Below are positions 14,061 through 26,636 of a stretch of DNA of 64,000 nucleotides, piece after piece. The stretch is taken from assembly GCA_964016885.1 (NCBI GenBank), contig OZ024741.1:135160001-135224000 (forward strand), in the 5' to 3' direction. The notes under the pieces are model-generated. The model searched no databases. It saw only the letters and a program-made list of their open reading frames with translations, and had not been told where the DNA came from. Both the position numbers and the translations under genes were made by a program. Numbering within the stretch: position 1 is the first letter of the stretch; the number at the start of each line of letters is the position of its first letter. Source of the DNA: Eledone cirrhosa (Eukaryota).

Positions 14061-14714
14061 ATCTGACCTTTATAAAATAACCCACACCCCCAAATAACTT
14101 CTCATTCACTACCAGAAAGGCACACAGCAGTCAACTTGCGGCTACCAAGACGAAAACTACTATGAAATCCCACAATGAATTTTATACTTGAATTTTCAAA
14201 TCTCAAATTTTAACTCTTCCTATTATTAATTTTTTTTAATATTAATCAACATTTGAAAAGATGGCTTTTGCAGACCCATCGAAACCGGTCATTTTTTATA
14301 CCCTTTATTATTTCCTTACCTTATAAAATTATGTTTTTTCACAAAAAAGTATTCTGTCTCTTATATATTCCATGTGCCATTACCAACCTCAATTTTCTCT
14401 CTCTCTCTATATATATACATATCAATGGAAACTATATTTATAAAACCACATTTATTTAATTACATAAATTTCAAAGGTACCAACATTTTGGTACACCCTC
14501 ATCACATAAAATACAAATTGTTTTTTTTATAAATGGTGACATACCCATGAAACCAGAACTTATCGGTTCAGGTTCAGTTTGGTACCCTTGAAATATATAT
14601 AATAAAATAAATATACTTTTATAAATATAGTTTCCATTTATTAATATCATTGATATTATACCCCAGAAAACTTGTAGAGTGCTTCGAATCTGTTATAAAC
14701 AAAATATCCCTTTA

Positions 14715-14748
<34 letters not shown>

Positions 14749-14825
14749 TTATTCCGGGTTGAATCGGAGGTAACCACAGTAAGTAACGTACTTAATACAT
14801 AGCAGAGTATAAACGTTTTAATATA

Positions 14826-15329
14826 GATGAGATTCTACAGGACTAGAAGTGTTTCATCCTTTAGGAATCATTAGAAATCTGGCTTTCCAACAAATAAATG
14901 TTGTGGTATTTATATCTTTTCAGGTGGTAGGAGAGGTTGGGGAGTGGGATGGGTGGAGGGCATTGGTTGAAAGAAAAGGGAATTCATTAAAAGCTAATTG
15001 TTTAAGGCTATAATATATATTTAGAGTGACAAAGGCAGAAAGAATTCTATAAACAAGTTCAGAATGGGGTGCCACTCCTTATTTTAAAGTTTCTCTTAAG
15101 CTAACAATGCCTATATTTCAGGTGTCTATAAGATTGTTGGGGGTCGGTCATGGTTGATAGATTTAAAGAAAAGGGAAATTCTTTAAAAGCTAATTCTTTA
15201 AAGCTCTACTTAGAGTGACAAAGGCCAAGAGAATTCTATAAACCAGCTCAAAATATTGGGTGCCTAAGATATCATTATTGTCATATTTCTCTTAAGCTAT
15301 ATTCCAGGTGTCAACAGACACATTCACAT

Positions 15330-15345
<16 letters not shown>
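14826..15345 (-). mobile_element. ORF-less HHR-bearing repeat; left arm of a long inverted duplication
   Basis: Reverse complement of 22325-22840. Confidence 0.8.
14830..14880 (-). ncRNA. Hammerhead motif with G5A core change (probably inactive)
   Basis: agattt-CTAATGA-ttcctaaaggat-GAA-acacttctagtcctgt-A-gaatct; paralogue of 22786. Confidence 0.6.
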
Positions 15346-15360
<15 letters not shown>

Positions 15361-15361
15361 C

Positions 15362-15480
<119 letters not shown>

Positions 15481-15575
15481 TATATATATATATACACACA
15501 CTAATACATATATATATACATATATATATACATATACACACATATACACACATATATACTCACCCACACATACAT

Positions 15576-15631
<56 letters not shown>

Positions 15632-15712
15632 CTATATATAGTGAAATACCAATATATGGAACATTACATTCATGTAACATTCTTTCCTTATTTTAATTTA
15701 TATTCCTTTGAA

Positions 15713-15832
15713 GTTCCGATGAGCCGCTCTGTCTTTTAAATATGTTAATTATTTTCAACTGAACCAGATCAATTATGATATATAGTCATCTGATTCAGAA
15801 ATATTATATGGAGTAGCGAAACAATTGTAAAC
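15713..15832 (+). ncRNA. Hammerhead motif in 5' pLTR (CCGAUGA core, ~95-nt stem II domain)
   Basis: gtt-CCGATGA-gccgctc...gagtagc-GAA-acaattgt-A-aac. Confidence 0.65.
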
Positions 15833-16163
15833 GGACATTATTATTATTAATATTATTATCATTATTCTCTACATTCCTTACATTAAACTAAAATATGTTG
15901 ACAATCCTTTAATAATGTCTTCATTGAGACATTTGTTGTCTTGTTTTGCTTAACTAATGAATATTTCCAGCTCTGTGCACCTAACCTCTGCATGAAACCA
16001 GCCACCTAGCTGCCTTTCACTGCATATTGCACATTGAGCACATGCCTTTACGCTTTGGCTAACCTATTCACCAATCTCTCTTATCCTCTCCTATCTCCTC
16101 TCCTATCTGCATCTCTCTCTTTAAGATTGGTTACTCTTGAACTGTATACGTGAGCTCCTGTAG

Positions 16164-18685
16164 TTGAGCTATTTACTGTTAGAAGTCACCATGTTGAGCA
16201 AGCAGGAACTCAGGATATCACTTAAGTCCATTTCTATCTCGAACAGGAAGACATACCTCAAACTCCTAATACAGAGTGTCAACTCTTTCATCCGAAGAAT
16301 ACGATGGAAGGCCTTCCACTTCGACCGTGCGGATGCTGCTGACGCCGGAAGTACAGCAAACAGATATGGATTTACCACCTGCAAGAACCCTCCACACAAC
16401 ATCCTGCTGGACCCTTTTGAGAAAGATCTATTTAACTTCGTCAGGAGCATTAAATTGAAAAAGCATTAAAGACACAAGAATAATTTCCTCACAAAATTAG
16501 CAACAACTATAAAAAAATTTAAAGATAGCCACCTCTTACATGTTATGTCTGACAAAACTAAAAATCTATACACCATGACTCCTGAAACTTACAACTCTTT
16601 CCTTCTTAAGGAACTTAATAAAAACTATAAAAAAACTATACCCTCCAGTGTAAACTTACTTAACCGAAAAGCCCAGGCTTCGGTTAAGGACTTGCATCTG
16701 GATAGATTTACCCACCCTTATGTACCTACAACCCCAAGGTTTTCTCTCAAAGATCACAAGCCAAACTTTATAGAGAACCCATCTATTAGACTTATAAGCC
16801 CAACCACATCCGACTTGGGTCGTATCAGTAAGAACATCCTTGATAGGATCATCCCTGGGCTACGAGATAATGTCACCTACAAGCTGTGATCCAACACCGG
16901 CCAAGTCATTAGATGGTTCTCCGATCTAAGGTCCAAGGAATCTATGAGGTTCCTCCAATTTGACATTGACAGCTATTACGCTTCAATAACTCCGGCACTG
17001 CTCAACAAAGCATTAACCCTAGCCAGCACCAACTCTGACATAACCAATAATGAGATTGACATCATACTTATGGCTAGGCAGACCATCATTGAATTCAACG
17101 GAGCACTCTGGACTAGAAAAGACAGAATAGACAACTTTGACATCACTATGGGCTCAAGTGACTCTGCGCAAATCACCGATTTAGTTGGAATTTACCTATT
17201 ACATAACATCAGAGCTGAAATGCAACCCTTGCAAGGCGGAATATATAGGGACGACTCCCTATTTGCAGTCCACAATTGCACTAATCGAGGCATTGACTTG
17301 CTAAAAAAACAATTACATAGATTCTTCAAAAATAACGGTCTCTCTATCACTATCGAGCCGAACCATAAAGTAGTAAACTTCCTAGACGTTACCCTAGATC
17401 TTAACAATAACCTATATTACCCTTATCATAAACCAGGTGAAATACTTACATATATTAGCCCACACTCTAACCACCCACCGGCAGTCATCAGAGCAGTAAT
17501 CAAATCTATCTCGTATAGGATCTCCATGATATCAGCAAATGAGGAGATATTTATAAACCATGCGGCATATTATAATAAGGCTCTCTCTGAATCTGGTTAT
17601 GAACAGTCTATTTACTACATACCTAAATGCCATAACACAGCACTTCCCCACAACCATAATAAACTTAACACTAGAACTAGAAATACCTTAGCATATAGCC
17701 AGATTCGCCGGAATTTTAGCAGTAACAGCACCTATACAGGGAACCTTAATGGTAGCACTGGCCTGCTTCCCACTCCAAGTAGCAAACTAAAAATCAACCC
17801 TAGAATAGGAATGAGCAATGGGATGACAAATAACAAATGCCCAGGTAATAATAACCCTATGAAGGCCCCTACCAACTCCACTAGAACCCCTAGAAGGAAT
17901 AGGCCTAGAAATATCACCTGGCTTAACCCCTCATTCTCATCTAATCTAGCCACTAGTATCCCTAAACGCTTCTTCTCTATCTTATCTAAAATCCCCTCCC
18001 CAACCATAGATACTACAAACTCTTTAATAAAAAACAACATTAAAATCTCATTCTCCACAACACCTAACTTAGCATCGCATTCAGTAACCATCATAAACTA
18101 AGACAGTATAACTCCCACACCGCGGTACCACCCCCCCATCAAATACACCACGCCACTACACCAATACTTACTCTAGTAGCACACCTCCCCTATCTAATCC
18201 TTCTAGCACTGGCCAACCGCTTAGTTTAAACCTACTCTCACTAACCGCAGAAGTAACTGCAACAGCCGTTATCCTAATGCATGCCCACTAAATGGACATT
18301 GCCTGACACCCAATATAGTTTATAGGTGCACAGTTAAAACTGCTTCGCATACCAGCTCCTATATCGGCTCTACCTCTAACCCTTTTAAGGTACGCTATAA
18401 CGCGCATCTGTTGTTAGGGTCTCGGAAGAATTCCGAGACCCTAACAACAGATGTTCGACATCTCTAGCTAGACTCATTAAAAACCTTAAATTAACCAATA
18501 TTGAACACTCACTAACATGGGATATCTTGACTAGGGCCCAACAGTTCAATGGACGAAGAAACTTTTGTGACCTCTGTCTTACCGAAGCATATTACATAAC
18601 TCTATCACGACCTCTACCGATTAACGATAGAACGGAGGTAACTATTAGCTGTCAACATCGAAGGGCTAATTCCTTCGCCAACTGA
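16164..18685 (+). pseudogene. Disabled PLE RT + GIY-YIG ORF
   Basis: One frame 16164-18101 with stops at 16467 (TAA) and 16887 (TGA): RRIRWKA, DKTKN, LKDHKPNF, FDIDSYYASI, TMGS, GIYRDD, FLDVTLDL; after frameshifts CPLNGHC..IVYRC..YIGST..RY and CDLC..CQH, stop at 18683-18685. Confidence 0.88.
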
Positions 18686-19086
18686 ATATTTGACCCAACA
18701 TAGTCATCTAGCCCCATTTTTACTTGTAGCTAATAAATTAAATAGTTATAGCTAACTTAGATAATTATAAGTTACCTCCCTTACATTGTCTCTCAATTAA
18801 AAAATTAAAAAATTAACCCTTCTTAACTATAAACTACCCACAATTTCTAATTTCTTGATGAGTTACTTCCCCTGAAACCACCCTCTAATTAGTAAGGTAA
18901 ATATGTCCATTGGCGGCCATCTTGTTACACATAGGCAGATCTCACACAATGCAGCATTGACAAAAGAATACTGCTCGACTATGGCAGACAATAGATATAC
19001 CCAGGACACCATAGTGAAATACCAATATATGGAACATTACATTCATGTAACATTCTTTCCTTATTTTAATTTATATTCCTTTTGAA

Positions 19087-19205
19087 GTTCCGATGAGCTG
19101 CTCTATTTTTACCTAAGTTAATTATTTTCAACTGAACCAGATCAATAATGATCTATAATCATTTGATCCAGAAACATTGTATGGAGTAGCGAAACAATTG
19201 TAAAC
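19087..19205 (+). ncRNA. Hammerhead motif in 3' pLTR
   Basis: gtt-CCGATGA-gctgctc...gagtagc-GAA-acaattgt-A-aac; stem II base gctgctc/gagtagc. Confidence 0.68.
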
Positions 19206-19215
19206 GGACATTATT

Positions 19216-19396
19216 GGATTGGCAGTATTGGTAGAGGGTCGGACGCCATGCTTTGACGCATAAAGTTACGGCCCTTGCCATTCTGAGTTCAAATCCCGCC
19301 GAGGTTAACTTTGCCTTTCATCCTTACGGGGTCGATAAAATAAAGTACCAGTAATACACTGAGTAATGGCTGGCCTTGTGCCTAACGTAGAAACAA
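19216..19396 (+). mobile_element. SINE family A inserted into the 3' pLTR
   Basis: Absent from the 5' pLTR; flanked by attatt. Confidence 0.88.
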
Positions 19397-19561
19397 TTAT
19401 TATTAATATTATTATCATTATTCTCTACATTCCTTACATCAAACTAAAATATGTTGACAATCTTTTAATAATGTCTTCGTTGTTAAATTTGTGGTCTTGT
19501 TTTACTTAACTAATGAATAGATATATACATATATATTTATATATACACACATATATATATA

Positions 19562-19604
<43 letters not shown>

Positions 19605-19666
19605 CACACACACATACATATATATATACGCACACATATACACATATATACACACATACACACACA

Positions 19667-19708
<42 letters not shown>

Positions 19709-19784
19709 TATAGATACATATATATACATATACATATATATATATATACATATATATATACATATATATATTATACATACATAT

Positions 19785-19831
<47 letters not shown>

Positions 19832-19888
19832 AATATACACACATATATACACACATATACACACATACGCATATATATACATACAAAT

Positions 19889-20007
<119 letters not shown>

Positions 20008-20369
20008 TATGGTGGCTGCCAACTCGTTTTCGAGTACGGCCACTACTCTACATCCATGTAGGAGAACCCCTACCGATTCGCTGAACGAGTGTGACTTTTT
20101 AGTCCAGCCAGCGACTTGAAAACTCTGGTACAAACACTACACTTGTGACAAATATTGACACATAGTGCTGGGCCCATGGTATCATGTGACGACAAGTGCA
20201 GAGAGATCTACAGATATAAAGTAATGCCTGTGCCGTGAAGCTTTTATAGTGAACAAAGGCACTGCACAAAGCCAGTCCCACTCTCTTAACCAAGATGATA
20301 TTTACCAAAAAGAAGAACAAGTCAACATCATTGGATACCATCAGAGTTGCAGGTGTTATATCAGAGTTT

Positions 20370-20590
20370 TCCTTCTCCTAGAATTCTGCCTTGACAAAGG
20401 CTAAGGGGTCATCTCTCCCGGTGATTTTGTATTGCCATTGACTCTTAAGAGCTCCTTTGCCCTTTGACAGGTTTTGTTTTTAGTGCTGCAGGATGTCCAA
20501 AGTCACCCTCCTCACCAGGAAACCTTTTGGGGGGGGGGGGGTTGTTGCCAGTTTAGTCGTCAACGACCCGAGTTACCAGTAGCACCAACA
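20370..20590 (-). mobile_element. Probable RTE-type LINE 5' UTR fragment
   Basis: ttttccttctcctag...ctgccttgacaaaggct and gccagtttagtcgtcaacgacccg resemble RTE 5' UTR blocks; no ORF. Confidence 0.35.
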
Positions 20591-20610
20591 TATATATATA
20601 CATACATATA

Positions 20611-20754
<144 letters not shown>

Positions 20755-20974
20755 CACATATATACATATATATATATAACCAAAAGCATATGTAGCAGAA
20801 TATATACAAATATACGCCATAACATATACAATCAAATATACGTACGAGAAAGTATACGTACCTTCACAAAACATACAGGTAATAAATACTTACCTATGCA
20901 AATAAGTAAAGGTATAAACATAACATATACTTAGCTACCACATCAAGACGTAAAATATACGCATATAGATCGTG

Positions 20975-21770
20975 CTATCCGTTAGGGTATAACGTGGGGC
21001 TGTAATACAGGAAAGTTCTGTGCAATTTATGTTTACAAGCCGAAATTGCCTCGGATTCTTTGTTTAAGATGTGGTCTGTGGCGTAGATTATTTCCAGGGC
21101 CTTAGCGGCGCAGAGGTCACATGGTCTTTTATTTCCGTTAGACGATCTAGCCCTAGCTAGGATCTCCCAATGTAACTTATATTGGGTGTGGTTGTCTTTT
21201 AGACTCCAGATATAAGCTGAAAGTGACGTCATATTCTTTCTTAGAGGGGAACGTAAATAATGGGTATGCATGTAAAGACGCTGCTTGAATCTATTGGCGG
21301 TTAACCCTATGTAGGCCCTACGGGACGTGGGTGTTTCGACCTTACATTTGAAGACAATGTTACTAGAGAGGCATTTCCCGGATAGGGGGCAATCCTACAA
21401 TTACAGTTAGTACTAACTACAGGGTTGCACGTGTTCCTACGGCTAGGTAGTTTAGCTAAATTTGAAGCTGTGATGTTATGTGCAAGGTTAGGAGTCGTAG
21501 AGTAAGACATTTTAATAGTATTTCTATGAAAAATTTTATTATATTTATGTGTAGGGGAAAATGCTTCGTAATAAGGGATAGAAATATCTTAGCTAATAGT
21601 GTGGCCACCGCCATATTATATGGTGGGTTATACCATATAATGCGTCGGGATCTATTTCTTCTAGGTCTATTCTCGTACTCTGTATATGCTACCTTATCGA
21701 CAAATCCACTCCAAGCAAGAGCTTCATTGTAATATGTGGAATGGTCGTTGAAAATATGTCTACATATATT
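20975..21770 (-). pseudogene. PLE fragment (Hydra-like thumb, linker and GIY-YIG)
   Basis: YNEALAWSGF, RSRRIIWYNPPY, SYSTTPNL, CNCR, TSLSAYIWSLKD, CDLC, SACKH across frameshifted ORFs; homologous to 17500-18685. Confidence 0.85.
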
Positions 21771-21976
21771 TTCTACGACTTCTTTTATACCATAAACGTG
21801 GTTTTGTCTTTGCGTGTAATTGTTTTTCACCGCTCCAAATAATGACGTATTATATTCGTTTTTTCCCGTTCTTTGCCAGGGAACGTTTCCACGAACCAAA
21901 GTATCGTCTTCCTGTCTTCCTCCGGTTGCAACGTTTTTTGAAATATTCACTTCTGCATTCACAGATTGACTTTGTT

Positions 21977-22027
21977 AGTTTCAGAAGATCCCGTTAAGGG
22001 TGAAAGCAGCGATTCTTTGCTTAAACT
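21977..22027 (+). ncRNA. Hammerhead motif, CAGAAGA core variant
   Basis: agttt-CAGAAGA-tcccgttaagggt-GAA-agcagcgattctttgct-T-aaact. Confidence 0.6.
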
Positions 22028-22154
22028 TTAATCTGTTATTTTAATAAATATTTGCTCTACGGTTCTTATATATTTGATATATATTTATCCTTATCGAGCC
22101 CTCTTTGGATTTTAGTCTTCAAATTTTTATTATTACTATATATATATATATATA

Positions 22155-22270
<116 letters not shown>

Positions 22271-22294
22271 TATATATATATATATATATATATA

Positions 22295-22324
<30 letters not shown>

Positions 22325-22341
<17 letters not shown>

Positions 22342-22835
22342 ATGTGAATGTGTCTGTTGACACCTGGAATATAGCTTAAGAGAAATATGACAATAATGAT
22401 ATTATATGTACCCAATATTTTGAACTGTTAGAATTCTCTTGGCCTTTGTCACTCTAATTATAGCTTTAAAGAATTAGCTTTTAAAGAATTTCCCTTTTCT
22501 TTAAATCCATCAACCATGACCGACCCCCAACAATCTTATAGACACCTGAAATATAGGCATTGTTAGCTTAAGAAAAACTTTAAAATAAGGAGTGGCACCC
22601 CATTCTGAACTTGTTTATAGAATTCTTTCTGCCTTTGTCACTCTAAATATAAATTATAGCCTTAAAGAATTAGCTTTTAATGAATTCCCTTTTCTTTCAA
22701 CCAATGACCTCCACCCATCCCACTCCCCAACCTCTCCTACCACCTGAAAAGATATAAATACCACAACATTTATTTTTGGCAAGCCAGATTCCTGATGATT
22801 TCTAAAGAATGAAACAGTTCTAGTCCTGTAGAATC

Positions 22836-22840
<5 letters not shown>
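22325..22840 (+). mobile_element. ORF-less HHR-bearing repeat; right arm of the inverted duplication
   Basis: Reverse complement of 14826-15345; internal ~190-bp imperfect duplication. Confidence 0.8.
22786..22836 (+). ncRNA. Type I hammerhead ribozyme, canonical core
   Basis: agattc-CTGATGA-tttctaaagaat-GAA-acag ttctagtc ctgt-A-gaatct; stem I 6 bp, stem III 4 bp, GUA site. Confidence 0.82.
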
Positions 22841-22881
<41 letters not shown>

Positions 22882-22882
22882 C

Positions 22883-22931
<49 letters not shown>

Positions 22932-23269
22932 ATAGTGTGTATGTGCGTATATATATATATATATATTTATAAACTAGATTCAATGAATATTTTCATATCA
23001 GAGTTTACAACTAAACCGTTCACAAATAGTCCGATAAAGATTATATTTCATCGTTTATACTTGTATTCACCTCTTTTTGATTATAATTGATAAAGTAAAA
23101 TATCTGTATTTTCATTGCAATGGAAACCCTATTCACCAACCTACGTTTCCAATTAACTATTTAAACAATTAGAATCTATTTCAATGTTTCTAATTAATTA
23201 ATCGTAGTTATTTGTGTCGATATAATTAGATACATATGCACTTTATTCGATATTTATATAATTCACTGT

Positions 23270-23460
23270 ATGTTGCGTGGCTTAGTGGTTAGGATGTTCG
23301 GCTCGCGATCTTAAAGGCGTGTGTTCGATTAACGGCGTTGCATTGAATTCATGTGCAAAATACATTATTTCACTGAACCGTGTTGTAGTAGTAGGTAAAC
23401 GCTGAATCTCCCTGAGAACTATGTTTAAGGTACATCTGTCATTTTGACGTTAATTTAAAA
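23270..23460 (+). mobile_element. SINE family C (tRNA-related head)
   Basis: gcgtggcttagtggttaggatgttcggctcgcgatc...gttcgatt; related copies at 26267, 39825, 59446, 63580. Confidence 0.6.
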
Positions 23461-24202
23461 AATCACTGGAATACTAGTTATCGGAGCAGACGGAGATCCA
23501 ATGCACACACGCACACACATTCAGTACACAGATTCACAAAACACAGACAACTTTCACTACACACACAACTCTCCCTACACACACAACTCTCCCTACACAC
23601 ACACTAAACGCGCGAGTAATAGACACTCACACACACTAGACGCACGCTACATGCAAACACCCTGCACTCCTATCCTACACAAACCCACATACACACCCTA
23701 CAGCCAGTGCTGGATTTACCATTGTGGTTAAGTGTGCTTAAGGCCCCGAAAATATTTTCTACGATGAATTTCTCAAATGTTTGAGGCCTCATATCTTAAC
23801 TAGCACAGGGCCCCATTTGTCATAAATCCGGCACTACCTAGAACCGTTTCACACACTACACACTGTAACACAGACTACACCTACGCACCTCACACACATC
23901 TCAAAAACATTGACTTTACAGTTTGTATGATGCTCAGTTAAAAAACAAACAGCCAATCAACGTTGTTGTAGAAGAAAATATTGATAATTTGATTTGAAAT
24001 TGCCAGGATAAAACGTGAAATGAAGAAAGGAAGAAATAACGTCCCGTCTCATTTAATGTGTCATTAGGTCACAACTAAAAGCCTTGTCGGCATGTGAGGT
24101 ATGGCGGAGACAAACCATTGTGAAACGTCGGATGCATGTATGTTCATATATATATGTGTATATATAAGTGTTTATATACGAGACACACACACACACACAC
24201 AT

Positions 24203-24233
<31 letters not shown>

Positions 24234-24234
<1 letters not shown>

Positions 24235-24304
24235 GAAACATATGTAATATGTAATTGGATACGTATACGATGCAACAATGATTCTTTGTTATCTTATAAA
24301 TTAA

Positions 24305-24372
<68 letters not shown>

Positions 24373-24452
24373 ATATATAGTATTAATTTATAAGATACCA
24401 AAGAATCAGTGTTGCATCGTATACATATCCAATTACATGTTACATATGTTTC
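24234..24452. repeat. Fold-back inverted repeat, ~75-bp arms around (TA)n
   Basis: tgaaacatatgtaatatgtaattggatacgtatacgatgcaac... mirrored by ...gttgcatcgtatacatatccaattacatgttacatatgtttca. Confidence 0.9.
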
Positions 24453-24599
24453 ACTGTCGATCAGCTCGAGGAACGATATATTAATGATATATTTTAACAT
24501 GATATATATATATGTGTGTGTAGATAAATATATATGATTATATATGTGTGTATGTAGATAAATATATATGTTTATATGTATATGTGTGTATGTATATAT

Positions 24600-24668
<69 letters not shown>

Positions 24669-24706
24669 TATGTATATTCATATGCATGTGTGTGAATGTG
24701 TATGTG

Positions 24707-24775
<69 letters not shown>

Positions 24776-24874
24776 TTATATATATGTATATTTATATGTA
24801 TGTGTATGTATGTCTATTGCATGTGTATCTTTATGTATATATATATATATGTGTGTGTATATATGTATGTATAT

Positions 24875-25082
24875 AATTGTTTCTACTTTTGGCACAAGGC
24901 CAGAAATGACCCAGTGCATTACTGGTACTTTATTTTATCGACCACGTAAGGATGAAAGGCAAAGTTAAACTCGGCGGGATTTGAACTCAGAATGGCTAGG
25001 GCCGTAACTCTATGCGTCAAAGTATGGCGTCCGACCCTCTACCGATAATTGTTTCTACTTTAGGCACAAGGCCAGCAATTAC
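24875..25082 (-). mobile_element. SINE family A copy plus a second tail fragment
   Basis: ataattgtttctacttttggcacaaggcc...ccgaccctctaccgat followed by a repeated tail. Confidence 0.8.
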
Positions 25083-25434
25083 CGATAATGAGTGTTAGAT
25101 AGAAATTACGTAATATGACAGCTGTAGCCTGATAATGCCTGTCTTCCCCATACCAGTGATTCATGCAGGTAGGATGCTGGTCAACGGTAGATGGCGATAC
25201 TGATGTAACTCATCCTTAAGCGGTAGAGTAGGATGTCTGAGGTCGAGTATAGGTGTATATGTTTGTATCTAAATATCAGTTCGCTTTGATTTTCTGGATG
25301 AATCTAATTACAGGTGCTGTATATGTATATATAAGAATATATATATATATATACGTCAATCACAAGTTTGGGTCAGTGTCTTTTTTTCTTCTAACATGAG
25401 TTGGCTTCCACCATATGTATATGCATATACATAT

Positions 25435-25488
<54 letters not shown>

Positions 25489-26266
25489 GCGTATGTTTAT
25501 GTCCCGTAATTTGGCGGTTCAACAAAAATGAGATCGATAAAATGACTTGAAAAAAAAAATACTGGGGTTGATATAATCTGTGAAACCGAGGTGGTACCCC
25601 AGTATGGCCGCAGTCTAATGACTGAAACAACTAGAAGAGTAAAGGAATATAGCTAACCAATGTATTTATGAAACTGTATTATACATTATCTGTTACACAT
25701 GTTGACAATTATTAATTAATTCTAATGAACTGATGTGTGAATGTACCCAGTGTTACTCCCTCTAGAAATATTTTAAATGCTGATGTGTGTGCACATTTTC
25801 TTCTTTGCTGAAACAGTAGAAATAGCTCAGCCTTTTTTTTTCATATTTTAAACTGATTAAATAAGTTTGCCTAAGGCGAGACGTTTTGAACTAATTCAAA
25901 TATATTTCAATTTCATTTTGATAAAAATAAACTATTAAATTTGTAAAAGTAAAGGGAGAAAAAGTTGAAAGCAAATTAAAATTTTTTCATATATTTCCTG
26001 AAAAATATCTTCTTCCAGAATTTCCAAACTATCAGTATTCGATATTCTTTTACTGGTTTCAGCAGCGATACCAGGACATTACCTTCGTGGGATTTAGTTG
26101 ATCATAACGACCCAGAATTTATTTTTTTAAAGTCTGATATTTATTTTATCGATATCATATTTGTCGAACCGCTACTTTACAAGACAAACACGCACACAAG
26201 CGCGCTAGTTTAAAGTGTTAAAGCTTTGGATAGAAACGTTATATTTGAACTATTTAAGCTTGAATT

Positions 26267-26510
26267 GTGAAGGCACGTGGCTTAATGGTTAGGCTGTTTG
26301 ACTTACGATCGTTTGGTCATGCATTCGATTCACAGTGGGACGTTATTTGCATGGAAAATACATTTTATTTTGCCTCGTAACAGTCCACTCCGCTGGAAAA
26401 GAATGAGTTGTATCGGTAAATCGGAACGGTAACATTTTTCGCACCGAATCTCCTTGAGAACAACGTTAAGGATACACGTGCCTGTGGAATACTGAACCAC
26501 ATACACTATA
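26267..26510 (+). mobile_element. SINE family C copy
   Basis: gtgaaggcacgtggcttaatggttaggctgtttgacttacgatcg. Confidence 0.6.
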
Positions 26511-26636
26511 ATATGGACTTTACCTATGATTAGCTAGCTTTCGCACGTAGTGTTTTGTTCAAGTACACAATGCATCTTCACAATCAATACGTCCATCATA
26601 TATTTCGAATAGAAACTATATTTATCTCACTATATA

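Larger units (their letters stand above)
10409..14183 (-). mobile_element. Penelope-like retroelement (Neptune-like), 5'-truncated with inverted pLTR piece
   Basis: RT+GIY-YIG ORF; 3' region carries an HHR; 14059-14183 is an inverted copy of 10743-10867; abuts (TA)n. Confidence 0.9.
15638..19519 (+). mobile_element. Near full-length PLE (Hydra-clade-like) with direct pseudo-LTRs
   Basis: Direct repeats 15638-15963 and 19011-19519 (second interrupted by a SINE), each with an HHR; RT + C-terminal GIY-YIG; embedded in (TA)n. Confidence 0.88.

Noticed and set aside
14251-14292. HHR-like remnant (GAAACCGGTC with a stem II)
   Set aside because: 5' core reads TTGAAAAGA and stem I is absent; too degenerate to count
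16887-16889. In-frame TGA in the PLE ORF as possible selenocysteine
   Set aside because: Context KL*SNT fits a TGG-to-TGA nonsense change; the copy also has a TAA and frameshifts; no SECIS recognised
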